A DNA stretch of 64,000 bases. Origin: Candidatus Hadarchaeota archaeon. GTDB lineage: Archaea; Hadarchaeota; Hadarchaeia; Hadarchaeales; Hadarchaeaceae. Where the stretch lies: the NCBI GenBank assembly GCA_964514965.1, contig CAZETV010000001.1:889239-953238 (forward strand). Reading direction: 5' to 3'. The notes beneath the pieces are model-generated. The model searched no databases. It was not told the DNA's origin and worked only from the letters and a program-made list of their open reading frames with translations. The position numbers and the translations under genes are program-made. Within the stretch, counting starts at the first letter, position 1. The number at the start of each line of letters is the position of its first letter. Of the stretch, positions 39,851 to 49,386 are shown one piece after another.

Positions 39851-40959
39851 TCGTCGAAATCAGCCAAAAATGAAGTTATGTGTTTTAGACGATGATGGGG
39901 CATGACCACAAGTCTGATGCTCCGCGGCTGACTATTCATAGATACGAGCCACCCTCTTGCTTCCAGTTTATCGCAGACATCGCTTAAATTGACAGTATCC
40001 GATTTGACGGCAACGATGTTGAGTTCGGGCTCCACTATGAGGTCCACGGCGTCCATCTTTCTGATGCCTATCGCCAGCTTTTGCGTTAGGTCCATGCAGC
40101 GCTTAACTATCTTTTGGTAGCCTTTGTACCCTAATGAGTTAAGAAGGGCCCAAACTGCGGCTACGGACGCGCCCGATCTCGTGCCCAAGAGAGTTGAGTT
40201 TGGGCTGTTCAGATAGGGCGGATTCATTTCGATTTTTTTAAGCCAATTTCCATTGCGGAAAAGGATGGACCCCGCTGGTATGGGGGCAAGCCCCATCTTA
40301 TGAGGGTCTAGGGTGATGGATGATACCGAACCTATGCTAAAATCCCAAGGGGGAGGATTTTTAATGAAGGGTAAGACAAAACCTCCAAACGATGCATCTA
40401 CGTGAAGAAAACAGCCAAGATCCTCAGCAATTTCAGCGATCTCCTCGATTGGATCTACCAAACCAAGTGCCACCGTGCCAGCAGTGGCCGTAATGGCTAG
40501 AGTCTCTTTGCTGGCTTTTTCTTGTATGCTGTCGACGCTTGCACGGTAAGTCTCATCGAGTGCTATGTGAGTAAGATTCAGCTGTTGAAGATTACATGCC
40601 TTAGTTACAGAATAATGAGCAGAAACAGGCGCGATTACATTTTTTCGGTTTAGTAGTTTTCTGGCAACCCACAAGGTAACTATGTTCCCTTCAGTTCCTC
40701 CCGAAGTTATGTAGCCAGCTGCCTCAGGTCTTGAAGTCAATGTACCGATTTTTCTTATCGCCTCTTCTTCCAGTGATTTCACGCTTGGGAAAATTCGGGG
40801 GTCCAATAGATTCGTTTCAAGAAACATCAAATATGCATCAACGGCTACCTTCAATGGTTTTGAACACATGGAGCAAAAAACTCTGCCAGAATCATAGCTC
40901 CAATCCTGGCTCCGTCTGTCCTCAAGCGATTTCAACAGCTCTTTGGCGGAGCCAGTCAT
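39829..40959 (-). CDS. mfnA: L-tyrosine decarboxylase MfnA (PLP-dependent, group II decarboxylase)
   Basis: 376 aa with PLP-lysine motif context (SITLDPHKMGLAPIPAG) and SGGTEGN segment typical of archaeal MfnA. Confidence 0.8.
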   Translation of the reverse strand: MTGSAKELLKSLEDRRSQDWSYDSGRVFCSMCSKPLKVAVDAYLMFLETNLLDPRIFPSVKSLEEEAIRKIGTLTSRPEAAGYITSGGTEGNIVTLWVARKLLNRKNVIAPVSAHYSVTKACNLQQLNLTHIALDETYRASVDSIQEKASKETLAITATAGTVALGLVDPIEEIAEIAEDLGCFLHVDASFGGFVLPFIKNPPPWDFSIGSVSSITLDPHKMGLAPIPAGSILFRNGNWLKKIEMNPPYLNSPNSTLLGTRSGASVAAVWALLNSLGYKGYQKIVKRCMDLTQKLAIGIRKMDAVDLIVEPELNIVAVKSDTVNLSDVCDKLEARGWLVSMNSQPRSIRLVVMPHHRLKHITSFLADFDECLEDLT

Positions 40960-41030
40960 AGAATCCCAAGCGTAAATTTTTGGTCTGAATTTATAAATGC
41001 GAGAGTGCCAATAAATTTGGAGGTTTGGTC

Positions 41031-41858
41031 ATGGTTCAAAGGGTGAGAGTAGGATTAGTTAAGATGGGCAACCTCGGCACTTCTGCCATGTTAGATCTGA
41101 TGCTCGATGAGCGGGCGGAAAGGGAGGACATCGACTTTAGGGTTGTGGCATCTGGGCCGAAAATAACCGAGGAGGACTGTAAAGGGGTTTCTGAAAAAAT
41201 TCTTGATTTCAATCCCGAACTAATCATAGCAATAAGCCCAAATCCTTCCGTTCCGGGACCTTCGAAGGCCAGAGAAATCCTCAAGAAATCTGGCAAGCCT
41301 TGCATAATCATCGGCGATGCCCCAGGTACTAAAATCGCCGGAGAACTTGAGAAGACAGGTTTTGGCTACATATTCGTCGAGGCGGATTCCATGCTTGGCG
41401 CAAGAATGGAATTTCTTGACCCTATCGAGATGTCGCTCTTTAATGCGGATGTAATCAAGGTTCTTTCAGTAACCGGCGCTTTCCGAGTTGTTTATGAGGA
41501 GGTTGATAAAGCAATCGAGGGCGTGAAGTCTAGCAAGCCCTATTTGCCGAAGATAATTATCGACCGTGATAAAGCTGTAAACGCCGCCGAATTTGAAAAT
41601 CCCTATGCGCGTGCGAAGGCCATGGCAGCTTTTGAAATAGCGAAAAAAGTTGCAGACGTAAGCGTTGAGGGCTGTTTTAGGGTCAAGGAGAAAGAGAGGT
41701 ACATACCGATTGTGGCGGCGGCGCATGAGATGATGAGGACGGCCGCAAAGTTATGTGACGAAGCTCGCGAAATAGAAAAAAGCGAGGACTCTGTGCTAAG
41801 GAGGCCGCATGGAAGAAAAGGCGAACTCCTCTCGAAACGAAAGCTTATGGGAATCTAG
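41031..41858 (+). CDS. mtd: F420-dependent methylene-tetrahydromethanopterin dehydrogenase
   Basis: N-terminus MVQRVRVGLVKMGNLGTSAMLDLMLDERAERED matches the Mtd family; GGAGGT Shine-Dalgarno 8 nt upstream of ATG 41031 (ORF track began at an upstream TTG). Confidence 0.85.
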   Translation: MVQRVRVGLVKMGNLGTSAMLDLMLDERAEREDIDFRVVASGPKITEEDCKGVSEKILDFNPELIIAISPNPSVPGPSKAREILKKSGKPCIIIGDAPGTKIAGELEKTGFGYIFVEADSMLGARMEFLDPIEMSLFNADVIKVLSVTGAFRVVYEEVDKAIEGVKSSKPYLPKIIIDRDKAVNAAEFENPYARAKAMAAFEIAKKVADVSVEGCFRVKEKERYIPIVAAAHEMMRTAAKLCDEAREIEKSEDSVLRRPHGRKGELLSKRKLMGI

Positions 41859-41860
41859 AA

Positions 41861-42967
41861 TTGGCACTCCTCGGTACTAAGTGCGGGGATTCTTGTACGC
41901 TCATTAATAGAGGGGCACTAAAATTGTTTGGAATAGGGATGAAAGGAAAACCGCTGGAAGGTGACATGGTAGAAACGGCGGATAACATTATTTTCGATGT
42001 TAGAGGACATACCCATCCGCCCGGAAGGGTCATTGCTTATCCCAAGTACGTGTCAGATTTGAGAGGGAACTTGAGGCGTGGCGAAACCACTTTTCGGAGG
42101 GTCCGCACCTTTCAAGATTTGCATGATGCAATTGAGCAGTTGGATTCAAAGTATTTGATTTACGATCCTGTTTTCGGCGAAAAATTATGCGAAGTTTCGG
42201 AGGAAGGTATAAACTATCACTATAGACCCAGCGACTGTCTGTCAGAGCTGCGACGTAAAAAGGAGCTGGACAAAGTCGAAAATGAGGCACTTTCCCTGCT
42301 TCAGCTCATGAAAACGGAAGCCAAAGTTCCGTGGAACAAGCTAGGACTTTCTGGGTCAATACTTACGAAGCTCTACACAATCTCGTCTGACATTGATCCC
42401 GTTGTTTATGGATTGAAGAACTGCTGCCGAGTATACGCGAGCATAATGCAGTTGTTGGAGGATGGGGAAATAGAATTAGAGAAGGTGAAGGAGGAAGAGA
42501 AGAAGGAAGATTATAAAAAAGAAATTCGTTCCGGAGAGTTGGATAAATCTGTAGTCTCTTATGAAGATTACATGCGCGTGGAAATGAGAAAAACCTTTGT
42601 GGGGCGGTTTGGCGGTCGGAAGTACTCCATAAAATTCGTCAAGGATTGGGGTGAGGTAGAGAGTACCTATGGGGTGGTTAAGTGTACTCCAAGAGGAAGT
42701 GTTAGAATAAAGGCCAAAATCGAGGACGATTCGGATGCAATCTTCATGCCAGGCGCCTATAAGATTTGTAACGTCAAGCTCTTGGAGGGGCCAGATTTTG
42801 TGCCAGTGGAGATTTTATCAGTTCACTTAAGGTTCTGTGAACAGGCAAAAAGGGGCGAAACTGTTATCGCGCGGGGAAAGCTTGAATCTGTACAGCGGAG
42901 AAGTGGGGACGAATATTATAGGCTCGTCCTTGGGAACGAGGCTTCAGACTACATGATTTTAGTTTGA
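41861..42967 (+). CDS. Uncharacterized protein with central Pol-beta-superfamily nucleotidyltransferase motif
   Basis: 368-aa ORF starting 3 nt after the mtd stop; contains GS-x9-DxD signature (LGLSGSILTKLYTISSDIDPVVYG) about 150 aa from the N-terminus, flanked by unrecognised N- and C-terminal domains. Confidence 0.4.
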   Translation: MALLGTKCGDSCTLINRGALKLFGIGMKGKPLEGDMVETADNIIFDVRGHTHPPGRVIAYPKYVSDLRGNLRRGETTFRRVRTFQDLHDAIEQLDSKYLIYDPVFGEKLCEVSEEGINYHYRPSDCLSELRRKKELDKVENEALSLLQLMKTEAKVPWNKLGLSGSILTKLYTISSDIDPVVYGLKNCCRVYASIMQLLEDGEIELEKVKEEEKKEDYKKEIRSGELDKSVVSYEDYMRVEMRKTFVGRFGGRKYSIKFVKDWGEVESTYGVVKCTPRGSVRIKAKIEDDSDAIFMPGAYKICNVKLLEGPDFVPVEILSVHLRFCEQAKRGETVIARGKLESVQRRSGDEYYRLVLGNEASDYMILV

Positions 42968-43004
42968 GGTTCAAAAATCAGGTTTCTAAAACTAAGATTA
43001 AAAT

Positions 43005-43877
43005 TCAATGAGTTAAAACGTGATCGATTATCTTTTTGGTTATACTTACTTTTGTCGTGGATTGGAGACCTTTCCACCCAGGAATGGCGTTGACCTCAGT
43101 AATGAAGAACTCGTCATCCCGTTCAACGATGTCCACCCCGGCGTACTCACATCTCAAGATTTCTGCCGACTTTATCGATGCTTCTTCTAGCTCTCCACGT
43201 AATTCACATGGCTCGACTCTCGCTCCCTTTGAAAAGTTAGTCTTCCAGCTTTCGCCGACTCTCTTCATTGCCGCTATAACTTCATCCCCGATAATGAAAG
43301 CCCTTATATCCTCGTTGCGATGAGGAATGAACTCTTGGACGTAATACACATACCTTCCAAATTCAAGGGCCGTAAAAACTCTATATGCTAGGTCCCGATC
43401 ACTCACTCGTACCATCCCCGCACCCAAAGAGCCGAAGAGGGGCTTGACTATCACGTCCTTGAACTCCTCGAAGGCCTTCATGGCATCGTCATGCTTTTCG
43501 GTAACGATAGTCTTGGGGGTCGGGATTCCCGCATCTTCCAACAAAGAGCACGTATAGAACTTATCCGCACATCGCTCTATGGCGATTGCAGGGTTCAGTA
43601 CCTTTACTCCCAAATTCTCCAGCCTGTGAAGCGTATCCATTCTGAATATCAGCTGTTCCGCTGATCCTTTCGGCACCCATCTGACAATTAATGAGTCGAA
43701 CTCATCAAGATCGTGACCACAACATGAGACGCGTGGCTTTCCGCTCAACTTTGCGACTAGGTAAGAAAGAGGAAAGGTAAAACAGCTGATTTTTCTGCTT
43801 TCTATTTCTTCCCTCAACTGCTCAACATTCCAGTCATTTTTACCTGAGGTAAAAATTCCGATTTTCTTCACACGCAT
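43005..43877 (-). CDS. mptN: RimK-like ATP-grasp glutamate ligase, probably tetrahydromethanopterin:alpha-L-glutamate ligase (MptN) or CofF-like
   Basis: 290 aa RimK-type ATP-grasp (VIVKPLFGSLGAGM, EVNAIPGWKG); last gene of the fwd-ftr-mch operon. Confidence 0.55.
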   Translation of the reverse strand: MRVKKIGIFTSGKNDWNVEQLREEIESRKISCFTFPLSYLVAKLSGKPRVSCCGHDLDEFDSLIVRWVPKGSAEQLIFRMDTLHRLENLGVKVLNPAIAIERCADKFYTCSLLEDAGIPTPKTIVTEKHDDAMKAFEEFKDVIVKPLFGSLGAGMVRVSDRDLAYRVFTALEFGRYVYYVQEFIPHRNEDIRAFIIGDEVIAAMKRVGESWKTNFSKGARVEPCELRGELEEASIKSAEILRCEYAGVDIVERDDEFFITEVNAIPGWKGLQSTTKVSITKKIIDHVLTH

Positions 43878-44809
43878 GCACCCAGTGATTTCGCCAGCAC
43901 TTCCTCGTCAATGCTTCCGGCATGAAAAACTCTTCCGGTCCTCAGGTTGTTTATCGTTACTTCGGCGGGGGAGAAAAGTTTTGGATCGATCTTGAAGAAG
44001 TCCCTATCATATTTTTCGAAGAGTTCAAGGAATGGCAGGCCGTAGTCCTTGGAGGCGCGTGAGGGAATTTCATCGATCACCTTCTCAACCTCAGAGTCGT
44101 CAGCATCCACGAAGTACATCGTCCTCCCACCGTAGAGCACACAGTCGTTGGTTTTCCCCATCGCTTCTAGATCGTTTTTGGTCACTGGCGCTACGGGAGC
44201 ACTTCCGCTCCCGCAGATTATCTCGCCTATATCGAACCCGACCTCATGTAGCTTGTGCACGCCGGTTTCCACAATTCTCGCTGATATCTGGATGCTCCCA
44301 ACAATGCTTGCAGTCGGGGCAGCCAAGATGTAGAGACTATCGGGCTTCACCTTGCATTTTTGGGCGATGAAATCCGCTACCTTTTCGTTTGGTATTTTTC
44401 TAGTCTCGAGCGTGATGACCGCTTTCTCACACCTATCTTCATATTTCAATTCTCGGAACAGCTTTTCCTCCACCCTCGCCAGCGCCCTCGCGGGACCCGA
44501 ACCCATCGCGAAGTAATCTTCAACTTTTATCGCCCACCCAGCAAATTGAGAAGCCATGCATGATATCGCGGGATGGTCCACGTTCACATGGACATAGGGC
44601 CTTTTCTCCATGCAAAGACTAACGCCGCCAAGACCCCCTAGACACGCCTCTGAAAAAAGTTTGCCAGCTTTAAGGCTCCCCTGCACCTTGATTCCAGAGT
44701 CGATCACTACTGCCCCATTTTTTAGTTTGAGGACTTTGACCCCCAGTTCTTCCTCACTTTGAGTCATCGCGTCTGCTATTTTTGAAGCTCTTTCGTTCAC
44801 GCTTATCAT
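43868..44809 (-). CDS. mch: Methenyl-tetrahydromethanopterin cyclohydrolase
   Basis: 313 aa with the Mch family N-terminus (ISVNERASKIADAM) and conserved core. Confidence 0.85.
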   Translation of the reverse strand: MISVNERASKIADAMTQSEEELGVKVLKLKNGAVVIDSGIKVQGSLKAGKLFSEACLGGLGGVSLCMEKRPYVHVNVDHPAISCMASQFAGWAIKVEDYFAMGSGPARALARVEEKLFRELKYEDRCEKAVITLETRKIPNEKVADFIAQKCKVKPDSLYILAAPTASIVGSIQISARIVETGVHKLHEVGFDIGEIICGSGSAPVAPVTKNDLEAMGKTNDCVLYGGRTMYFVDADDSEVEKVIDEIPSRASKDYGLPFLELFEKYDRDFFKIDPKLFSPAEVTINNLRTGRVFHAGSIDEEVLAKSLGACV

Positions 44810-45627
44810 GTCGCGCCTCCTTTCCAGATCAGTATCTCCCCCTTCCCTAGGGCGGCAATATCTCCGTTATACCTATCGTAGAAACCCTCGATGTGTTCTT
44901 TTTTGACAGGTAAATCATATTTTTCCAGTCTTTTTAGGAAGGCTCTGATGAAAGTCGGTTTGTAGGTGCAACTATATCTGAAGGTCGGCAGTAGCTTCGG
45001 GGGATTGAAGGCTATGATGGTTCCCCTATCCATCCCGGCTCCCGCTTTCTCCCCGATATCGCCGGAACAGACTATTGACCCACCTGTCATGAGTGCGCCG
45101 GTTAAGTTTCCTAGTTTGCCTTTGATGACGATTGCGCCCCTTCTCATCAGTTCTCCGACCTCGCGTCCGGCATCGCCTTCAATTATAATCATTCCGCCCT
45201 TCATTCCGACTTTAGAACCCCGGTAACCCGAACCAACGAGGTTTCGGGCGTTCCCTCTGACCCTTATCAGCCCCCCTTTCATCTCGGCCCCGAGCCAATC
45301 CCCAGCGTTTCCGTGAACGAGTATCTCTCCTCCTTGCATCTCCCGACCAAGGTGCATTCCAGCACTCCCCTCGATTACCAACTTGCCTTTGCTCATCCTT
45401 GCCCCAATATGCTTGACCGCGCTGACATCGCCAGTGATAACTATCTTCTCAGTTCCATCCGATTCCTGTTCGATATTGAAGATATCAGTCAATCTTTTCC
45501 TTCGGTTTCCCCACAAAAGCTCGAGACTTTTTAGCTCCGCCACAGACTTACCAGAAAATACATCGGGTGAGATGCATTCGGCCTCAACCGGCACCTTAAA
45601 TTTGACTTTAGGTTTGAGGATGATCAT
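44806..45627 (-). CDS. fwdC: Formylmethanofuran dehydrogenase subunit C
   Basis: 273 aa beta-helix protein with repeated G-x-x-G-x-x-M/L-x-x-G repeats (GNAGDWLGAEMKGG, GDAGREVGELMRRG). Confidence 0.8.
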   Translation of the reverse strand: MIILKPKVKFKVPVEAECISPDVFSGKSVAELKSLELLWGNRRKRLTDIFNIEQESDGTEKIVITGDVSAVKHIGARMSKGKLVIEGSAGMHLGREMQGGEILVHGNAGDWLGAEMKGGLIRVRGNARNLVGSGYRGSKVGMKGGMIIIEGDAGREVGELMRRGAIVIKGKLGNLTGALMTGGSIVCSGDIGEKAGAGMDRGTIIAFNPPKLLPTFRYSCTYKPTFIRAFLKRLEKYDLPVKKEHIEGFYDRYNGDIAALGKGEILIWKGGAT

Positions 45628-46520
45628 CGGTTGCCCTCGAAGAGTTTGTGGAGGTAGACCAAGTGTTTGCCCAGCTTGCCCCCATAGTTTCCGGCAGTTA
45701 TGAGCTTTATCCCGTCCACACTACAGGCTTCTTCGATTCCCGCCTTCGTGGCTTTTTTCACGCTTTCTCCGTCCAATCCGTTTATCACTATTTCTAGGAC
45801 GGAGTTGACATCCTGCGGTATCTTGCTTTCCACTACAGATCTCAGGGTCGGACAATATGCGGTATTCGTCGAAGCCCTTAGGAACTTGTACTTCGACCCG
45901 ACCTTGCTACCGCTCCTTACTACACCGCCGGGAAATGGAGTTATCACATTTTTGATTCCTTTTATAGCTTCGACTGCTTTCTCCGCGGCCTCAAGCACGC
46001 AGTCGGCATCTCTCCCCAAGATGAGGAAGTTACCTCCTCCCACGGCTTTTCGGACTTTGAACTTTTCCTCAACTAAAAATTCACCCTCCATGGCGGGGAT
46101 TCTCCAAAACCTCCTGCCGTCGATCCGCTTGGCAATTTGATAGCCGTCCCCGAAAAATCTCAACTTCCCACCAATGTTTATTTCCTTCTCCCCTTCCAAG
46201 TTGTTGAAACAGGCCGTTGTGGGACAAGTCATTATGCATTGACCAACCCTCCGCATGAGCTGGTCCTCGAGGGTCTTTTCGGACATGGCTAAAACTAGAA
46301 TGTTCGCCCCCGGTCTTCCATCTGGGGTTTCTTTGACTCTCACAAGATTCTCTATCCCAGCTTCAGCCCCGCACGCTATGACTGAAGTGGCAAATCCCGT
46401 GGTGGTGTTCGTAGCGTGCAAAGCCCATTTTTTGTTTTTCGCCGTTATCAACAAGCGTGCCGCTACCATATCGAAGGCTTCGGCAAATGTATCTTCTATT
46501 TCCACTCCGTTTATCTGCAT
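45624..46520 (-). CDS. ftr: Formylmethanofuran--tetrahydromethanopterin N-formyltransferase
   Basis: 298 aa with the Ftr N-terminus (MQINGVEIEDTFAEAFDMVAARLLITA) and length typical of Ftr. Confidence 0.9.
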   Translation of the reverse strand: MQINGVEIEDTFAEAFDMVAARLLITAKNKKWALHATNTTTGFATSVIACGAEAGIENLVRVKETPDGRPGANILVLAMSEKTLEDQLMRRVGQCIMTCPTTACFNNLEGEKEINIGGKLRFFGDGYQIAKRIDGRRFWRIPAMEGEFLVEEKFKVRKAVGGGNFLILGRDADCVLEAAEKAVEAIKGIKNVITPFPGGVVRSGSKVGSKYKFLRASTNTAYCPTLRSVVESKIPQDVNSVLEIVINGLDGESVKKATKAGIEEACSVDGIKLITAGNYGGKLGKHLVYLHKLFEGNR

Positions 46521-48118
46521 GGTATCATCTCTCCTCTGGGCAGGTACTCGTCCTGCACGGGGTAGTTTTCTAAGGCGACCGTATAGTACTTAGCGAAATC
46601 TTCCCTCATCTCATCGGTCACCTCGCCTCCAGCGTTTACCCAGTAAGTTCTCCCTTGGGGTGATTCAACTATTTTCCCATCCTTCAACACAATTTTCCCA
46701 TCCTTGATCACGTATTTAGCCCTCGAGAAAGAGCGTTTTATATCGTTCTCTTTGAACTCGTAAATTGCTACATCGGCATCGGCTCCCACACCTAGATGTC
46801 CTTTTTGCGTGAGTCCCAAGAGCTTGGCAGCGGCTGCCCTCGTTATTATGGCAATTTCGAACAGCGAATATTCCCTGTCTATCCCTCCGAGACCAGTTCT
46901 AGACGAAGCGGCGCGATGAACGGACTGAAGCATCTGATCGCGCGCCTGCTTGTTCATCAACCAAGAGATGACTTCTGGGTAGTGGTAGAATGGGCCCCCG
47001 TTGGGGTGATCGGTGGTCATGAAGAACTTCCACGGATCTTTAACTAGCAGAGCCATCTCCAACCCGATTGCCCACTGAACGGCATTGACGGGGCTCTTAG
47101 CTTTGTAAACATGCGGGACTATGCCAGCGCCCTCTTCCATCTCCACATCTGCATTGTACCACTTGTTCCCGGTCATCTTGTAAAGGCTGTGTTGCATTGG
47201 ACCGTCGGCCGTCATTGTGGTAGCGTCGTCGAATATGACTTGCCCCATATCACAAGTCACGTTTTCGCGCTGGTTTATCCGCTTCGCGAGCTCGGCTGCC
47301 CCCGAGGCTAATTTCGCCCAACTGTCCCCCGCGTAAGAGTTAAACTGGATGTGAGTGATGTGAATCCTTCCTTTGACTGCATTTATCGATTCTGCGGTCG
47401 TCTCGAAATTCCCGGGTGTCCCAAGGTTGTTGCAGTGAACGTGAATGGGGTGGGGGAGTTTCAACTCTTCGTTGACCTTCGCTAGACCAGTGAGTATCTC
47501 TCGGGGGGTTACTTCGTAATTATCGACCCTGTCATTGATGCTTTTTACGTTCCTGCCCCACTTCCAGTTTTCCACTCCACCTGGATTCACTATTTTTACG
47601 ACGCACCCCCTTGTCGCCTTTAAGAGCCATGCAACGAAGTTCTTGAGCTTTTCAAAGTCCTTCTCCTTGACGTACCTCAAGACGAAGTGGTTATTGCCCA
47701 TGAGTGTGTAACACCCCTTGTCCACGATTGGGATGTCGTTTAGCTCCTCGTGTGTGTGCCTCGCCCCTAGTGGAGGTACAGCAGCTTCCATCAGGGTCGT
47801 GTAACCAAGCTTCACGTACCTATACCCTGTCACAAACGTTGTGGGGACAGTGTATCCGACCCCGCCTCTCGTGATTTCTGTTTTCGAAACGGGGTCCTTT
47901 CTGTGGTCTTCAGGTCTGAACAACCTGCCGAGGTTAACCTTAGAACCAGCGATGTGGGTGTGGATCTCCACGCCTCCAGGTAGGACGATCAGCCCAGAGG
48001 CATCTATTTCCTTTCCATCAGCTTCCTCGACTATTTTCCCGTTTTTGATGAACAGATCTTTCTTTTCTCCGTTTATCCCGTTCAAGGGGTCGTAGATGGT
48101 GCCATTCTTGATAATCAA
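46511..48118 (-). CDS. fwdA: Formylmethanofuran dehydrogenase subunit A (amidohydrolase)
   Basis: 535 aa amidohydrolase fold with metal-binding HxH (GGVEIHTHIAG) and downstream His/Asp ligands. Confidence 0.85.
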   Translation of the reverse strand: MIIKNGTIYDPLNGINGEKKDLFIKNGKIVEEADGKEIDASGLIVLPGGVEIHTHIAGSKVNLGRLFRPEDHRKDPVSKTEITRGGVGYTVPTTFVTGYRYVKLGYTTLMEAAVPPLGARHTHEELNDIPIVDKGCYTLMGNNHFVLRYVKEKDFEKLKNFVAWLLKATRGCVVKIVNPGGVENWKWGRNVKSINDRVDNYEVTPREILTGLAKVNEELKLPHPIHVHCNNLGTPGNFETTAESINAVKGRIHITHIQFNSYAGDSWAKLASGAAELAKRINQRENVTCDMGQVIFDDATTMTADGPMQHSLYKMTGNKWYNADVEMEEGAGIVPHVYKAKSPVNAVQWAIGLEMALLVKDPWKFFMTTDHPNGGPFYHYPEVISWLMNKQARDQMLQSVHRAASSRTGLGGIDREYSLFEIAIITRAAAAKLLGLTQKGHLGVGADADVAIYEFKENDIKRSFSRAKYVIKDGKIVLKDGKIVESPQGRTYWVNAGGEVTDEMREDFAKYYTVALENYPVQDEYLPRGEMIPCR

Positions 48119-49386
48119 GCTTTCACCTTCTCAATAATTCTTTTCAAAATTTCTCTATCGGGTAAGAACTCCGAATCGATTACTTTTTTGAGCCTTAGGG
48201 GGATTCCGTCCATTCTGTAGGCAGTTCCATCGCACTCTATCCCAGCTATCGCTGAGGGAATTACAATCCTGGCAATTAAGGAAGTAAGGCTGATTTTTGG
48301 ATCGATAACGATTGTTGGGATCGTAGTCAAATGCTTGGAAGCTTGGGCGGGGAAATGCGCAACGGGGTCGGAGGCTATTATGAGAGCGGCATCACATTCT
48401 CCACGAGCCAAGATATCCACAGCAGAAAATTCACCTGGATTGTAAACCGGATAACCTTTGGAGAAATTGACCGCATAAGGGTAGCCAGTGCACCAAGTCA
48501 TCACATCGTTGGCACCAGACACGTTATAGTGGCCCCTCATCGGGATTATGGCGAATTTGGTGTGGTCATTCAAATCCCTGACGAGGCGGAGAGCCGCGTC
48601 GACGTTCATGTGCTTTCCCCCAGTCATCGTAAGACCTAGGCCGAAGAATATCACCCCAAATTTGCAACTCTTCATTTTCTCCGCAAGTTGTTTGATGGTT
48701 TCAGAAGGTACCCCTGCAACATCCCCCACATCATATCCCTTGACCACAGCTCTGAATGCCGAAAGCAACTCGTAGTCTTGGCCGGGCTTAACTTTTACAA
48801 AAAGATTGGCCATCTTCGAGGTCTTCGTTTCTCTCACATCAATGTGCACTATCTCCCGACCTTTCTTTCCACTTTCTGTGTAGAGGCCTCTAGGGGTTAT
48901 CGAGTATCGCGTTGCGTGCTTGATATGGGCCTCCGCTGGGTTACACCCCCAGAAAATCACCAAATCGGCCCTGTTTTTGACTTCCCCTAGTGTACATTTT
49001 GCAGCTCCACAATCTTGGGCTGCTTGAATGGTTGGTCCGTGGCAGACGGAGCTCGTGTTATCAATGGATGCTCCAGTCAATTCGGCGAGCTCGACAGCCA
49101 GTCTCTGGGCGTCGGTTTCGGTAGAGCTCAGGCCGTATATCAATGGAAAATCGGCTTTCTTCAAAATCTCCGCTGTTTTCTCCAAAGTTCTTTCTATTGA
49201 CACTTCAACGAGTTTCCTTTTTTTCTTTATTTGAGGTTTAGCTCTGTCTTTAGCGTGGTTCAGAAATTTACTTTTGGAGAATGCGCAAGCATTTTTAACA
49301 TCGACTACCCTTCCATCTTCCGTTACAACTTCTATATCATCACAAAGACATCCACAAAGAGGACACACGATATTTTTGTAATTCAT
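48115..49386 (-). CDS. fwdB: Formylmethanofuran dehydrogenase subunit B (molybdo/tungstopterin catalytic subunit, Cys-type)
   Basis: N-terminal 4Fe-4S motif CPLCGCLCDD; catalytic Cys-His dipeptide in SSVCHGP (Cys, no in-frame TGA), so not a selenoprotein. Confidence 0.85.
   Translation of the reverse strand: MNYKNIVCPLCGCLCDDIEVVTEDGRVVDVKNACAFSKSKFLNHAKDRAKPQIKKKRKLVEVSIERTLEKTAEILKKADFPLIYGLSSTETDAQRLAVELAELTGASIDNTSSVCHGPTIQAAQDCGAAKCTLGEVKNRADLVIFWGCNPAEAHIKHATRYSITPRGLYTESGKKGREIVHIDVRETKTSKMANLFVKVKPGQDYELLSAFRAVVKGYDVGDVAGVPSETIKQLAEKMKSCKFGVIFFGLGLTMTGGKHMNVDAALRLVRDLNDHTKFAIIPMRGHYNVSGANDVMTWCTGYPYAVNFSKGYPVYNPGEFSAVDILARGECDAALIIASDPVAHFPAQASKHLTTIPTIVIDPKISLTSLIARIVIPSAIAGIECDGTAYRMDGIPLRLKKVIDSEFLPDREILKRIIEKVKA

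Noticed and set aside
41861-42967. Possible tRNA(Ile2) agmatidine synthetase TiaS
   Set aside because: The protein lacks the N-terminal kinase-type motif expected of TiaS and instead has a central Pol-beta nucleotidyltransferase signature; left as unknown.
48115-49386. Selenocysteine-containing FwdB
   Set aside because: The catalytic position is encoded by a Cys codon within SSVCHGP; there is no in-frame TGA in the gene.
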